NCBI RefSeq assembly: GCF_009914755.1
Contig: NC_060937.1
Direction: 5' to 3' (one strand)
DNA length: 64,000 nt
Source of the DNA: the human T2T-CHM13v2.0 reference genome, Homo sapiens
Below, in pieces: positions 16,336 through 34,100 of this stretch (its first letter is position 1; every line of letters starts with the position of its first letter). Below the pieces are notes generated by a model, which saw only the letters and a program-made list of their open reading frames with translations, did no database searches and was not told where the DNA came from. The position numbers and the translations under genes are program-made.

Positions 16336-19300
16336 ATGAAATATCAAAGCTCACACACTATATATTATATACTGTACATAAAATATCAAAGTACCCAAAC
16401 TATACTTTATATACTGTACATAAAATATGAAATTACATCAAATATATATTTTATTAGGTATGTAAAATATGAAAGTACATCAAGTATAGATTTTATACTG
16501 TACATAAAATACCAAAGTACCCCAAATATATATTTTATACTGTACATGAAATATCAAAGTTCTCAAACTATATATTATATACTGCACATAAAATATCAAA
16601 GTACCCAAGGTATATATTACATACTGTACAAAAAATATCAAAGTACCCAAAGCATATATTATATGCTGTACATAAAATATGAAAGTACATGAAATATATA
16701 TTTTATTCTCTACATAAAATATCAAAGTACACCAAATATATATTCTATACTGTACATAAAATATCAAGGTACCCAAACTATACATTATATACTGTACATA
16801 AGATATGAAATTACATCAAATATATATTATATTAGGTACATAAAATATGAAAGTACATCAAATATAGATTATATACGGTACATAAAATATCAAAGTACCC
16901 AAATATATATCATATACTGTACATGAAATATCAAAGTTCACAAACTATATATTATATACTGTACATAAAATATCAAAGTACCCAAACTATACATTTTATA
17001 CTGTACATAAAATATGAAATTACATCAAATATATATTTTATTAGGTATGTAAAATATGAAAGTACATCAAATATAGATTATATACTGTACATAAAATACC
17101 AAAGTACCCCAAATGTATATTCTATACTGTACATGAAATATCAAAGTTCTCAAAATATATATTATATAGTGCACATAAAATATCAAAGTACCCAAGGTAT
17201 ATATTCCATAATGTACAAAAAATATCAAAGTACCCAAAGCATATATTATATGCTGTACATAAAATATGAAAGTACATGAAATATATATTTTATTCTGTAC
17301 ATAAAATATCAAAGTACACCAAATATATATTCTATACTGTACATAAAATATCAAGGTACCCAAACTATACATTATATACTGTACATAAGATATGAAATTA
17401 CATCAAATATATATTATATAAGGTACATAAAATATGAAAGTACATCAAACATAGCTTATATACTGTACATAAAATATGAAAGTACATCAAATATAGATTA
17501 TATACTGTACATAAAATACCAAAGTACCCCAAATATATATTTTATACTGTACATGAAATATCAAAGTTCTCAAACTATATATTATATACTGCACATAAAA
17601 TATCAAAGTACCCAAGGTATATATTCCATACTGTACAAAAAATATCAAAGTACCCAAAGCATATATTATATGCTGTACATAAAATATGAAAGTACATCAA
17701 ATATATATTTTATTCTGTACATAAAATATCAAAGTACACCAAATATATATTCTATACTGTACATAAAATATCAAGGTACCCAAACTATACATTATATACT
17801 GTACATAAAATATGAAATTACATCAAATATATATTATATTAGGTACATAAAATATGAAAGTACATCAAATATAGATTATATACTGTACATAAAATATCAA
17901 AGTACCCAAATATATATCATATACTGTACATGAAATATCAAAGCTCACACACTATATATTATATACTGTACATAAAATATCAAAGTACCCAAACTATACT
18001 TTATATACTGTACATAAAATATGAAATTACATCAAATATATATTTTATTAGGTATGTAAAATATGAAAGTACATCAAGTATAGATTTTATACTGTACATA
18101 AAATACCAAAGTACCCCAAATATATATTTTATACTGTACATGAAATATCAAAGTTCTCAAACTATATATTATATACTGCACATAAAATATCAAAGTACCC
18201 AAGGTATATATTACATACTGTACAAAAAATATCAAAGTACCCAAAGCATATATTATATGCTGTACATAAAATATGAAAGTACATGAAATATATATTTTAT
18301 TCTCTACATAAAATATCAAAGTACACCAAATATATATTCTATACTGTACATAAAATATCAAGGTACCCAAACTATACATTATATACTGTACATAAGATAT
18401 GAAATTACATCAAATATATATTATATTAGGTACATAAAATATGAAAGTACATCAAATATAGATTATATACTGTACATAAAATATCAAAGTACCCAAATAT
18501 ATATCATATACTGTACATGAAATATCAAAGTTCACAAACTATATATTATATACTGTACATAAAATATCAAAGTACCCAAACTATACATTTTATACTGTAC
18601 ATAAAATATGAAATTACATCAAATATATATTTTATTAGGTATGTAAAATATGAAAGTACATCAAATATAGATTATATACTGTACATAAAATACCAAAGTA
18701 CCCCAAATATATATTCTATACTGTACATGAAATATCAAAGTTCTCAAACTATATATTATATAGTGCACATAAAATATCAAAGTACCCAAGGTATATATTC
18801 CATACTGTACAAAAAATATCAAAGTACCCAAAGCATATATTATATGCTGTACATAAAATATGAAAGTACATGAAATATATATTTTATTCTGTACATAAAA
18901 TATCAAAGTACACCAAATATATATTCTATACTGTACATAAAATATCAAGGTACCCAAACTATACATTATATACTGTACATAAAATATGAAATTACATCAA
19001 ATATATATTATATTAGGTACATAAAATATGAAAGTACATCAAACATAGCTTATATACTGTACATAAAATATCAAAGTACCCAAATATATATCATATACTG
19101 TACATGAAATATCAAAGTTCACAAACTATATATTATATACTGTACATAAAATATCAAAGTACCCAAACTATACATTATATACTGTACATAAAAGATGAAA
19201 TTACATCAAATATATATTATATTAGGTATGTAAAATATGAAAGTACATCAAATATAGATTATATACTGTACATAAAATACCAAAGTACCCCAAATATATA

Positions 19301-20865
19301 TTTTATACTGTACATGAAATATCAAAGTTCTCAAACTATATATTATATACTGCACATAAAATATCAAAGTACCCAAGGTATATATTCCATACTGTACAAA
19401 AAATATCAAAGTACCCAAAGCATATATTATATGCTGTACATAAAATATGAAAGTACATCAAATATATATTTTATTCTGTACATAAAATATCAAAGTACAC
19501 CAAATATATATTCTATACTGTACATAAAATATCAAGGTACCCAAACTATACATTATATACTGTACATAAAATATGAAATTACATCAAATATATATTATAT
19601 TAGGTACATAAAATATGAAAGTACATCAAATATAGATTATATACTGTACATAAAATATCAAAGTACCCAAATATATATCATATACTGTACATGAAATATC
19701 AAAGCTCACACACTATATATTATATACTGTACATAAAATATCAAAGTACCCAAACTATACTTTATATACTGTACATAAAATATGAAATTACATCAAATAT
19801 ATATTTTATTAGGTATGTAAAATATGAAAGTACATCAAGTATAGATTTTATACTGTACATAAAATACCAAAGTACCCCAAATATATATTTTATACTGTAC
19901 ATGAAATATCAAAGATCTCAAACTATATATTATATACTGCACATAAAATATCAAAGTACCCAAGGTATATATTACATACTGTACAAAAAATATCAAAGTA
20001 CCCAAAGCATATATTATATGCTGTACATAAAATATGAAAGTACATGAAATATATATTTTATTCTCTACATAAAATATCAAAGTACACCAAATATATATTC
20101 TATACTGTACATAAAATATCAAGGTACCCAAACTATACATTATATACTGTACATAAGATATGAAATTACATCAAATATATATTATATTAGGTACATAAAA
20201 TATGAAAGTACATCAAATATAGATTATATACTGTACATAAAATATCAAAGTACCCAAATATATATCATATACTGTACATGAAATATCAAAGTTCACAAAC
20301 TATATATTATATACTGTACATAAAATATCAAAGTACCCAAACTATACATTTTATACTGTACATAAAATATGAAATTACATCAAATATATATTTTATTAGG
20401 TATGTAAAATATGAAAGTACATCAAATATAGATTATATACTGTACATAAAATACCAAAGTACCCCAAATATATATTCTATACTGTACATGAAATATCAAA
20501 GTTCTCAAACTATATATTATATAGTGCACATAAAATATCAAAGTACCCAAGGTATATATTCCATACTGTACAAAAAATATCAAAGTACCCAAAGCATATA
20601 TTATATGCTGTACATAAAATATGAAAGTACATGAAATATATATTTTATTCTGTACATAAAATATCAAAGTACACCAAATATATATTCTATACTGTACATA
20701 AAATATCAAGGTACCCAAACTATACATTATATACTGTACATAAGATATGAAATTACATCAAATATATATTATATAAGGTACATAAAATATGAAAGTACAT
20801 CAAACATAGCTTATATACTGTACATAAAATATCAAAGTACCCAAATATATATCATATACTGTACA
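16336..20865 (+). repeat. Three copies of a ~3-unit super-repeat (offsets 1594 and 1761 bp)
   Basis: Units at 16336, 17930 and 19691 share aagctcacacac, tactttat and caagtatagattttat. The following units at 16923, 18517 and 20278 share acattttata and atagtgcac. Confidence 0.85.
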
Positions 20866-23800
20866 TGAAATATCAAAGTTCACAAACTGTATATTATATA
20901 CTGTACATAAAATATCAAGGTACCCAAACTATACATTATATACTGTACATAAAATATGAAATTACATCAAATATATATTTTATTAGGTATGTAAAATATG
21001 AAAGTACATCAAATATAGATTATATACTGTGCATAAAATACCAAAGTACCCCAAATATATATTTTATACTTTACATGAAATATCAAAGTTCTCAAACTAT
21101 ATATTATATACTGCACATAAAATATCAAAGTATCCATGGTATATATTCCATACTGTACAAAAAATATCAAAGTACCCAAAGCATATATTATATGCTGTAC
21201 ATAAAATATGAAGGTACATCAAATAAATATTTTATTCTGTACATAAAATATCAAACTACACCAAACATATATTCTATACTGTACATAAAATATCAAGGTA
21301 CCCAAACTATACATTATATACTGTACATAAAATATGAAATTACATCAAATATATATTATATTAGGTACATAAAATATGAAAGTACATCAAATATAGATTA
21401 TATAATGTACATAAAATATCAAAGTACCCAAATATATATCATATACTGTACATGAAATATCAAAGTTCACAAACTATATATTATATACTGTACATAAAAT
21501 ATCAAAGTACCCAACTATTCATTATATACTGTACATAAAAGATGAAATTACATCAAATATATATTATATTAGGTATGTAAAATATGAAAGTACATGAAAT
21601 ATAGATTATATACTGTACATAAAATACCAAAATACCCCAAATATATATTTTATACTGTACATGAAATATCAAAGTTCTCAAACTATATATTAAATACTGC
21701 ACATAAAATATCAAAGTACCCAAGGTATATATTCCATACTGTACAAAAAATATCAAAGATCCCAAATCATATATTATATGCTGTACATAAAATATGAAAG
21801 TACATCAAATATATATTTTATTCTGTACATAAAATATCAAAGTACACCAAATATATATTCTATACTGTACATAAAATATCAAGGTACCCATACTATACAT
21901 TATATACTGTACATAAAATATGAAATTACATCAAATATATATTATATTAGGTACATAAAATATGAAAGTACATCAAATATAGATTATATACTGTACATAA
22001 AATATCAAAGTACCCAAATATATATCATATACTGTACATGAAATATCAAAGTTCACAAACTATATATTATATACTGTACATAAAATATCAAAGTACCCAA
22101 ACTATACATTATATACTGTACATAAAATATGAAATTACATCAAATATATATTATATTAGGTATGTAAAATATGAAAGTACATCAAATATAGATTATATAC
22201 TGTACATAAAATACCAAAGTACCCCAAATATATATTTTATACTGTACTTCAAATATCAAAGTTCTCAAACTATATATTATATACCGCACATAAAATATCA
22301 AAGTACCCAAGATATATATTCCATACTGTACAAAAAATATCAACGTACCCATAGCATATATTATATGCTGTACATAAAATATGAAAGTACATCAAATATA
22401 TATTTTATTCTGTACATAAAATATCAAAGTACACCAAATATCTATTCTATACTGTACATAAAATATCAAGGTACCCAAACTATACATTATATACTGTACA
22501 TAAAATATGAAATTACATCAAATATATATTATATTAGGTACATAAAATATGAAAGTACATCAAATATAGATTATATACTGTACATAAAATATCAAAGTAC
22601 CCAAATATATATCATATACTGTACATGAAATATCAAAGTTCACAAACTATATATTATATACTGTACATAAAATATCAAAGTGCCCAAACTATACATTATA
22701 TACTGTACATAAAAGATGAAATTACATCAAATATATATTATATTAGGTATGTAAAATATGAAAGTACATCAAATATAGATTATATAGTGTAAATAAAATA
22801 CCAAAGTACCCCAAATATATATTTTATACTGTTCATGAAATATCAAAGTTCTCAAACTATATATTATATACTGCACCTAAAATATCAAAGTACCCAAGGT
22901 ATATATTCCATAATGTACAAAAAATATCAAAGTACCCAAAGCATATATTATATGCTGTACATAAAATATGAAAGTACATCAAATATATATTTTATGCTGT
23001 ACATAAAATATCAAAGTACACCAAATATATTCTATACTGTACATTAAAATATCAAGGTACCCAAACTATACATTATATACTGTACATAAAATATGAAATT
23101 ACATCAAATATATATTATATTAGGTACATAAAATATGAAAGTACATCAAATATAGATTATATACTGTACATAAAATATCAAAGTACCCAAATAAATATCA
23201 TATACTATACATGAAATATCAAAGTTCACAAAGTATATATTATATACTGTACATAAAATATAAAAGTACCCAAACTATACATTATATACTGTACATAAAA
23301 TATGAAATTACATCAAATATATATTATATTAGGTATGTAAAATATGAAAGTACATCAAATATAGATTATATACTGTACATAAAATACCAAAGTACCCCAA
23401 ATATATATTTTATACTGTACATGAAATATCAAAGTTCTCAAACTATATATTATATACTGCACCTAAAATATCAAAGAACCCAAGGTATATATTCCATACT
23501 GTACAAAAAATATCAAAGTACCCAAAGCATATATTATATGCTGTACATAAAATATGAAAGTACATGAAATATATATTTTATTCTCTACATAAAATATCAA
23601 AGTACACCAAATATATATTCTATACTGTACAGAAAATATCAAGGTACCCAAGCTATACATTATATACTGTACATAAAATATGAAATTACATCAAATATAT
23701 ATTATATTAGGTACATAAAATATGAAAGTACATCAATTATAGATTATATACTGTACATAAAATATCAAAGTACCCAAATATATATCATATACTGTACCTG

Positions 23801-26800
23801 AAATATCAAAGTTCACAAACTATATATTATATACTGTACATAAAATATAAAAGTACCCAAACTATACATTATATACTGTACATAAACTATGAAATTACAC
23901 CAAATATATATTATATTAGGTATGTAAAATATGAAAGTACATCAAATATAGATTATATACTGTACATAAAATACCAAAGTACCCCAAATATATATTTTAT
24001 ACTGTACATGAAATATCAAAGTTCTCAAACTATATATTATATACTGCACATAAAATATCAAAGTACCCAAGGTATATATTCCATACTGTACAAAAAATAT
24101 CAAAGTACCCAAAGCATATATTATATGCTGTACATAAAATATGAAAGTACATGAAATATATATTTTATTCTCTACATAAAATATCAAAGTACACCAAATA
24201 TACATTCTATACTGTACATAAAATATAAAAGTACCCAAACTATACATTATATACTGTACATAAAATATGAAATTACATCAAATATATATTATATTAGGTA
24301 CATAAAATATGAAAGTACATCAAATATAGATTATATACTGTACATAAAATATCAAAGTACCCAAATATATATCATATACTGTACATGAAATATCAAAGTT
24401 CACAAACTATATATTATATACTGCACATAAAATATCAAAGTACCCAAGGTATATATTCCACACTGTACAAAAAATATCAAAGTACCGAAAGCATATATTA
24501 TATGCTGTACATAAAATATGAAACTACATCTAATATATATTATATTAGGTACATAAAATATGAAAGTACATCAAATATAGATTATATACTGTACATAAAA
24601 TATCAAAGTACCCAAATATATATCATATACTGTACATGAAATATCAAAGTTCACAAACTATATATTATACACTGTACATAAAATATCAAAGTACCCAAAC
24701 TATACTTTATATAATCTACATAAAATATGAAATTACATCAAATATATATTTTATTAAGTATGTAAAATATGAAAGTACATCAAATATAGATTATATACTG
24801 TACATAAAATACCAAAGTACCCCAAATATGTATTTTATACTGTACATGAAATATCAAATTTCTCAAACTATATATTATATACTGCACATAAAATATCAAA
24901 GTACCCAAGGTATATATTCCATACTGTACAAAAAATATCAAAGTACCCATAGCATATATTATATGCTGTACATAAAATATGAAAGTACATCAAATATATA
25001 TTTTATTCTGTACATAAAATATCAAAGTACACCAAATATATATTCTATACTGTACATAAAATATCAAGGTACCCAAACTATACATTATATACTGTACATA
25101 AGATATGAAATTACATCAAATATATATTATATTAGGTACATAAAATATGAAAGTACATCAAATATAGCTTATATACTGTACATAAAATATCAAAGTACCC
25201 AAATATATATCATATACTGTACATGAAATATCAAAGTTCACAAACTATATATTATATCCTGTACATAAAATATCAAAGTACCCAAACTATACATTATATA
25301 CTGTACATAAAAGATGAAATTACATCAAATATATATTATATTAGTTATGTAAAATATGAAAGTACATCAAATATAGATTATATACTGTACATAAAATACC
25401 AAAGTACCCCAAATATATATTATATACTGTACATGAAATATCAAAGTTCTCAAACTATATATTATATACTGCACATAAAATATCAAAGTACCCAAGGTAT
25501 ATATTCCATACTGTACAAAAAATATCAAAGTACCCAAAGCATATATTATATGCTGTACATAAAATATGAAAGTACATCAAATATATATTTTATTCTGTAC
25601 ATAAAATATCAAAGTACACCAAATATATATTCTATACTGTACATAAAATATCAAGGTACCCAAACTATACATTATATACTGTACATAAAATATGAAATTA
25701 CATCAAATATATATTATATTAGGTACATAAAATATGAAAGTACATCAAATATAGATTATATACTGTACATAAAATCTCAAAGTACCCAAATATATATCAT
25801 ATACTGTACATGATATATCAAAGTTCACAAACTATATATTATATACTGTACATAAAATATCAAAGTACCCAAACTATACATTATATACTGTACATAAAAT
25901 ATGAAATTACATCAAATATATATTTTATTAGGTATGTAAAATATGAAAGTACATCAAATAGAGATTATATACTGTACATAAAATACCAAAGTACCCCAAA
26001 TATACATTTTATACTGTACATGAAATATCAAAGTTCTCAAACTATGTATTATATACTGCACATAAAATATCAAAGTACCCAAGGTATATATTCCATACTG
26101 TACAAAAAATATCAAAGTACCCAAAGCATATATAATATGCTGTACATAAAATATGAAAGTACATGAAATATATATTTTATTCTCTACATAAAATATCAAA
26201 GTACACCAAATATATATTCTATACTGTACAAAAAATATCAAGGTACCCAAACTATACATTATATACTGTACATAAAATATGAAATTACATCAAATATATA
26301 TTATATTAGGTACATATAATAAGAAAGTACATCAAATATAGATTATATACTGTACATAAAATATCAAAGTACCCAAATATATATCATATAGTGTACATGA
26401 AATATCAAAGTTCACAAACTATATATTATATACTGTACATAAAATATCAAAGTACCCAAACTATACATTATATACTGTACATAAAATATGAAATTACATC
26501 AAATATATATTTTATTAGGTATGTAAAATATGAAAGTACATCAAATATAGATTATATACTGTACATAAAATACCAAAGTACCCCAAATATATATTTTATA
26601 CTGTACATGAAATATCAAAGTTCTCAAACTATATATTATATAGTGCACATAAAATATCAAAGTACCCAAGGTATATATTCCATACTGTACAAAAATTATC
26701 AAAGTACCCAAAGCATATATTATATGCTGTACATAAAATATGAAAGTACATCAAATATATATTTTATTCTCTACATAAAATATCAAAGTACACCAAATAT

Positions 26801-28157
26801 ATATTCTATATGGTACATAAAATATCAAGGTACCCAAACTATACATTATATACTGTAGATAAGATATGAAATTACATCAAATATATATTATATTAGGTAC
26901 ATAAAATATGAAAGTACATCAAATATAGATTCTATACTGTACATAAAATATCAAAGTACCCAAATATATATCATATACTGTACATGAAATATCAAAGTTC
27001 ACAAACTATATATTATATACTGTACATAAAATATCAAAGTACCCAAACTATACATTATATACTGTACATAAAATCTGAAATTACATCAAATATATATTAA
27101 ATTAGGTATGTAAAATATGAAAGTACATCAAATATAGATTATATACTGTACATAAAATACCAAAGTACGCCAAATATATATTCTATACTGTACATGAAAT
27201 ATCAAAGTTCTCAAACTATATATTATATACTGCACATAAAATATCAAAGTACCCAAGGTATATATTCCATACTGTACAAAAAATATCAAAGTACCCAAAG
27301 CATATATTATATGCTGTACATAAAATATGAAAGTACATCAAATATATATTTTATTCTGTACATAAAATATCAAAGTACACCAAATATATATTCTATACTG
27401 TACATAAAATATCAAGGTACCCAAACTATACATTATATACTGTACATAAAATATGAAATTACATCAGATATATATTATATTAGGTACATAAAATATGAAA
27501 GTACATCAAATATAGATTATATACTGTACATAAAATATCAAAGTACCCAAATATATACCATATACTGTACATGAAATACCAAAGTTCACAAACTATATAT
27601 TATATACTGTACATAAAATATCAAAGTACCCAAACTATAGATTATATACTGTACATAAAATATGAAATTACATCAAATATATATTTTATTAGGTATGTAA
27701 AATATGAAAGTACATCAAATATAGATTCTATACTGTACATAAAATACCAAAGTACCCCAAATATATATTTTATACTGTACATGAAATATCAAAGTTCTCA
27801 AACTATATATTATATACTGCACATAAAATATCAAAGTACCCAAGGTATACATTCCATACTGTACAAAAAATATCAAAGTACCCAAAGCATATATTATATG
27901 CTCTACATAAAATATGAAAGTACATCAAATATATATTTTATTCTGTACATAAAATATCAAAGTACACCAAATATATATTCTATACTGTACATAAAATATC
28001 AAGGTACCCAAACTATACATTATATACTGTACATAAAATATGAAATTACATCAAATATATATTATATTAGGTACATAAAATATGAAAGTACATCAAATAT
28101 AGATTATATACTGTACATAAAATATCAAAGTACCCAAATATATATCATATACTGTAC

Positions 28158-31100
28158 ATGAAATATCAAAGTTCACAAACTATATATTATATACTGTACA
28201 TAAAATATCAAGGTACCCACACTATACATTATATACTGTACATAAAATATGAAATTACATCAAATATATATTATATTAGGTATGTAAAATATGAAAGTAC
28301 ATCAAATATAGATTATATACTGTACATAAAATACCAAAGTACCCCAAATATATATTTTATACTGTACATGAAATATCAAAGTTCTCAAACTATATATTAT
28401 ATACTGCACATAAAATATCAAAGTACCCAAGGTATATATTCCATACTGTACAAAAAATATCAAAGTACCCAAAGCATATATTATATGCTGTACATAAAAT
28501 ATGAAAGTACATGAAATATATATTTTATTCTCTACATAAAATATCAAAGTACACCAAATATATATTCTATACTGTACATAAAATATCAAGGTACCCAAAC
28601 TATACATTATATAGTGTACATAAAATATGAAATTACATCAAATATATATTATATTAGGTACATAAAATATGAAAGTACATCAAATATAGATTATATACTG
28701 TACATAAAATATCAAAGTACCCAAATATATACCATATACTGTATATGAAATATCAAAGTTCACAAACTATATATTATATACTGTACATAAAATATCAAAG
28801 TACCCAAACTATAGATTATATACTGTACATAAAATATGAAATTACATCAAATATATATTTTATTAGGTATGTAAAATATGAAAGTTCATCAAATATAGAT
28901 TATATACTGTACATAAAATACCAAAGTACCCCAAATATATATTTTATACTGTACATGAAATATCAAAGTTCTCAAACTATATATTATATAATGCACATAA
29001 AATATCAAAGTACCCAAGGTATATATTCCATACTGTACAAAAATTATCAAAGTACCCAAAGCATATATTATATGCTGTACATAAAATATGAAAGTACATC
29101 AAATATATATTTTATTCTGTACATAAAATATCAAAGTACACCAAATATATATTCTATACTGCACATAAAATATCAAGGTACCCAAACTATACATTATATA
29201 CTGTACATAAGATATGAAATTACATCAAATATATATTATATTAGGTACATAAAATATGAAAGTACATCAAATATAGATTATATACTCTACATAAAATATC
29301 AAAGTACCCAAATATATATCATATACTGTACATGAAATATCAAAGTTCACAAACTATATATTATATACTGTACATAAAATATCAAAGTACCCAAACTATA
29401 CATTATATACTGTACATAAAATCTGAAATTCCATCAAATATATATTATATTAGGTATGTAAAATATGAAAGTACATCAAGTATAGATTATATACTGTACA
29501 TAAAATACCAAAGTACCCCAAATATATATTTTATACTGTACATGAAATATCAAAGTTCTCAAACTATATATTATATACTGCACATAAAATATCAAAGTAC
29601 CCAAGGTATATATTCCATACTGTACAAAAAATATCAAAGTACCCAAAGCATATATTATATGCTGTACATAAAATATGAAAGTACATCAAATATATATTTT
29701 ATTCTGTACATAAAATATCAAAGTACACCAAATATATATTCTATACTGTACATAAAATATCAAGTTACCCAAACTATACATTATATACTGTACATAAAAT
29801 ATGAAATTACATCAAATATATATTATATTAGGTACATAAAATATGAAAGTACATCAAATATAGATTATATACTGTACATAAAATATCAAAGTACCCAAAT
29901 ATATATCATATACTGTACATGAAATATCAAAGTTCACAAACTATATATTATATACTGTACATAAAATATCAAAGTAACCAAACTATACATTATATACTGT
30001 ACATAAAATATGAAATTACATCAAATATATATTTTATTAGGTATGTAAAATATGAAAGTACATCAAATATAGATTATATACTGTACATAAAATACCAAAG
30101 TACCCCAAATATATATTTAATACTGTACATGAAATATCAAAGTTCTCAAACTGTATATTATATAGTGCACATAAAATATCAAAGTACCCAAGGTATATAT
30201 TCCATACTGTACAAAAATTATCAAAGTACCCAAAGCATATATTATATGCTGTACATAAAATATGAAAGTACATCAAATATATATTTTATTCTGTACATAA
30301 AATATCAAAGTACACCCAATATATATTCTATACTGTACATAAAATATCAAGGTACCCAAACTATACATTATTTACTGTACATAAAATATGAAATTACATC
30401 AAATATATATTATATTAGGTACATAAAATATGAAAGTACATCAAATATAGATTATATACTGTACATAAAATCTCAAAGTACCCAAATATATATCATATAC
30501 TGTACATGAAATATCAAAGTTCAGAAACTATATATTATATACTGTACATAAAATATCAAAGTACCCAAACTATACATTATATACTGTACATAAAAGATGA
30601 AATTACATCAAATATATATTATATTAGGTATGTAAAATATGAAAGTACATCAAATATAGATTATATACTGTACATAAAATACCAAAGTACCCCAAATATA
30701 TATTTTATACTGTACATGAAATATCAAAGTTCTCAAACTATATATTATATACTGCACATAAAATATCAAAGTACCCAAGGTATATATTCCATACTGTACA
30801 AAAAATATCAAAGTACCCAAAGCATATATTATATGCTGTAAATAAAATATGAAAGTACATCAAATATATATTTTATTCTGTACATAAAATATCAAAGTAC
30901 ACCAAATATATATTCTATACTGTACATAAAATATCAAGGTAACCAAACTATACATTATATACTGTACATAAGATATGAAATTACATCAAATATATATTAT
31001 ATTAGGTACATAAAATATGAAAGTACATCAAATATAGATTATATACTGTACATAAAATATCAAAGTACCCAAATATATATCATATACTGTACATGAAATA

Positions 31101-34100
31101 TCAAAGTTCACAAACTATATATTATATACTGTACATAAAATATCAAAGTACCCAAACTATACATTATATACTGTACATAAAAGATGAAATTACATCAAAT
31201 ATATATTATATTAGGTATGTAAAATATGAAAGTACATCAAATATAGATTATATACTGTACATAAAATAGCAAAGTACCCCAAATATATATTTTATACTGT
31301 ACATGAAATATCAAAGTTCTCAAACTATATATTATATACTGCACATAAAATATCAAAGTACCCAAGGTATATATTCCATACTGTACAAAAAATATCAAAG
31401 TACCCAAAGCATATATTATATGCTGTAAATAAAATATGAAAGTACATCAAATATATATTTTATTCTGTACATAAAATATCAAAGTACACCAAATATATAT
31501 TCTATACTGTACATAAAATATCAAGGTAACCAAACTATACATTATATACTGTACATAAGATATGAAATTACATCAAATATATATTATATTAGGTACATAA
31601 AATATGAAAGTACATCAAATATAGATTATATACTGTACATAAAATATCAAAGTACCCAAATATATATCATATACTGTACATGAAATATCAAAGTTCACAA
31701 ACTATATATTATATACTGTACATAAAATATCAAAGTACCCAAATATATATCATATACTGTACATGAAATATCAAAGTTCACAAACTATATATTATATACT
31801 GTACATAAAATATCAAGGTACCCACACTATACATTATATACTGTACATAAAATATGAAATTACATCAAATATATATTATATTAGGTATGTAAAATATGAA
31901 AGTACATCAAATATATATTATATACTGTACATAAAATACCAAAGTACCCCAAATATATATTTTATACTGTACATGAAATATCAAAGTTCTCAAACTATAT
32001 ATTATATACTGCACATAAAATATCAAAGTACCCAAGGTATATATTCCATACTGTACAAAAAATATCAAAGTACCCAAAGCATATATTATATGCTGTACAT
32101 AAAATATGAAAGTACATGAAATATATATTTTATTCTCTACATAAAATATCAAAATACACCAAATATATATTCTATACTGTACATAAAATATCAAGGTACC
32201 CAAACTATACATTATATACTGTACATAAAATATGAAATTACATCAAATATATATTATATTAGGTACATAAAATATGAAAGTACATCAAATATAGATTATA
32301 TACTGTACATAAAATATCAAAGTACCCAAATATATACCATATACTGTATATGAAATATCAAAGTTCACAAACTATATATTATATACTGTACATAAAATAT
32401 CAAAGTACCCAAACTATAGATTATATACTGTACATAAAATATGAAATTACATCAAATATATATTTTATTAGGTATGTAAAATATGAAAGTTCATCAAATA
32501 TAGATTATATACTGTACATAAAATACCAAAGTACCCCAAATATATATTTTATACTGTACATGAAATATCAAAGTTCTCAAACTATATATTATATAATGCA
32601 CATAAAATATCAAAGTACCCAAGGTATATATTCCATACTGTACAAAAATTATCAAAGTACCCAAAGCATATATTATATGCTGTACATAAAATATGAAAGT
32701 ACATCAAATATATATTTTATTCTGTACATAAAATATCAAAATACACCAAATATATATTCTATACTGTACATAAAATATCAAGGTACCCAAACTATACATT
32801 ATATACTGTACATAAGATATGAAATTACATCAAATATATATTATATTAGGTACATAAAATATGAAAGTACATCAAATATAGATTATATACTCTACATAAA
32901 ATATCAAAGTACCCAAATATATATCATATACTGTACATGAAATATCAAAGTTCACAAACTATATATTATATACTGTACATAAAATATCAAAGTACCCAAA
33001 CTATACATTATATACTGTACATAAAATCTGAAATTCCATCAAATATATATTATATTAGGTATGTAAAATATGAAAGTACATCAAATATAGATTATATACT
33101 GTACATAAAATACCAAAGTACCCCAAATATATATTTTATACTGTACATGAAATATCAAAGTTCTCAAACTATATATTATATACTGCACCTAAAATATCAA
33201 AGTACCCAAGGTATATATTCCATACTGTACAAAAAATATCAAAGTACCCAAAGCATATATTATATGCTGTACACAAAATATGAAAGTACATCAAATATAT
33301 ATTTTATTCTGTACATAAAATATCAAAGTACACCAAATATATATTCTATACTGTACATAAAATATCAAGGTACCCAAACTATACATTATATACTGTACAT
33401 AAAATATGAAATTACATCAAATATATATTATATTAGGTACATAAAATATGAAAGTACATCAAATATAGATTATATACTGTACATAAAATATCAAAGTACC
33501 CAAATATATATCATATACTGTACATGAAATATCAAAGTTCACAAACTATATATTATATACTGTACATAAAATATCAAAGTACCCAAACTATACATTATAT
33601 ACTGTACATAAAATATGAAATTACATCAAATATATATTTTATTAGGTATGTAAAATATGAAAGTACATCAAATATAGATTATATACTGTACATAAAATAC
33701 CAAAGTACCCCAAATATATATTTAATACTGTACATGAAATATCAAAGTTCTCAAACTGTATATTATATAGTGCACATAAAATATCAAAGTACCCAAGGTA
33801 TATATTCCATACTGTACAAAAATTATCAAAGTACCCAAAGCATATATTATATGCTGTACATAAAATATGAAAGTACATCAAATATATATTTTATTCTGTA
33901 CATAAAATATCAAAGTACACCCAATATATATTCTATACTGTACATAAAATATCAAGGTACCCAAACTATACATTATTTACTGTACATAAAATATGAAATT
34001 ACATCAAATATATATTATATTAGGTACATAAAATATGAAAGTACATCAAATATAGATTATATACTGTACATAAAATCTCAAAGTACCCAAATATATATCA

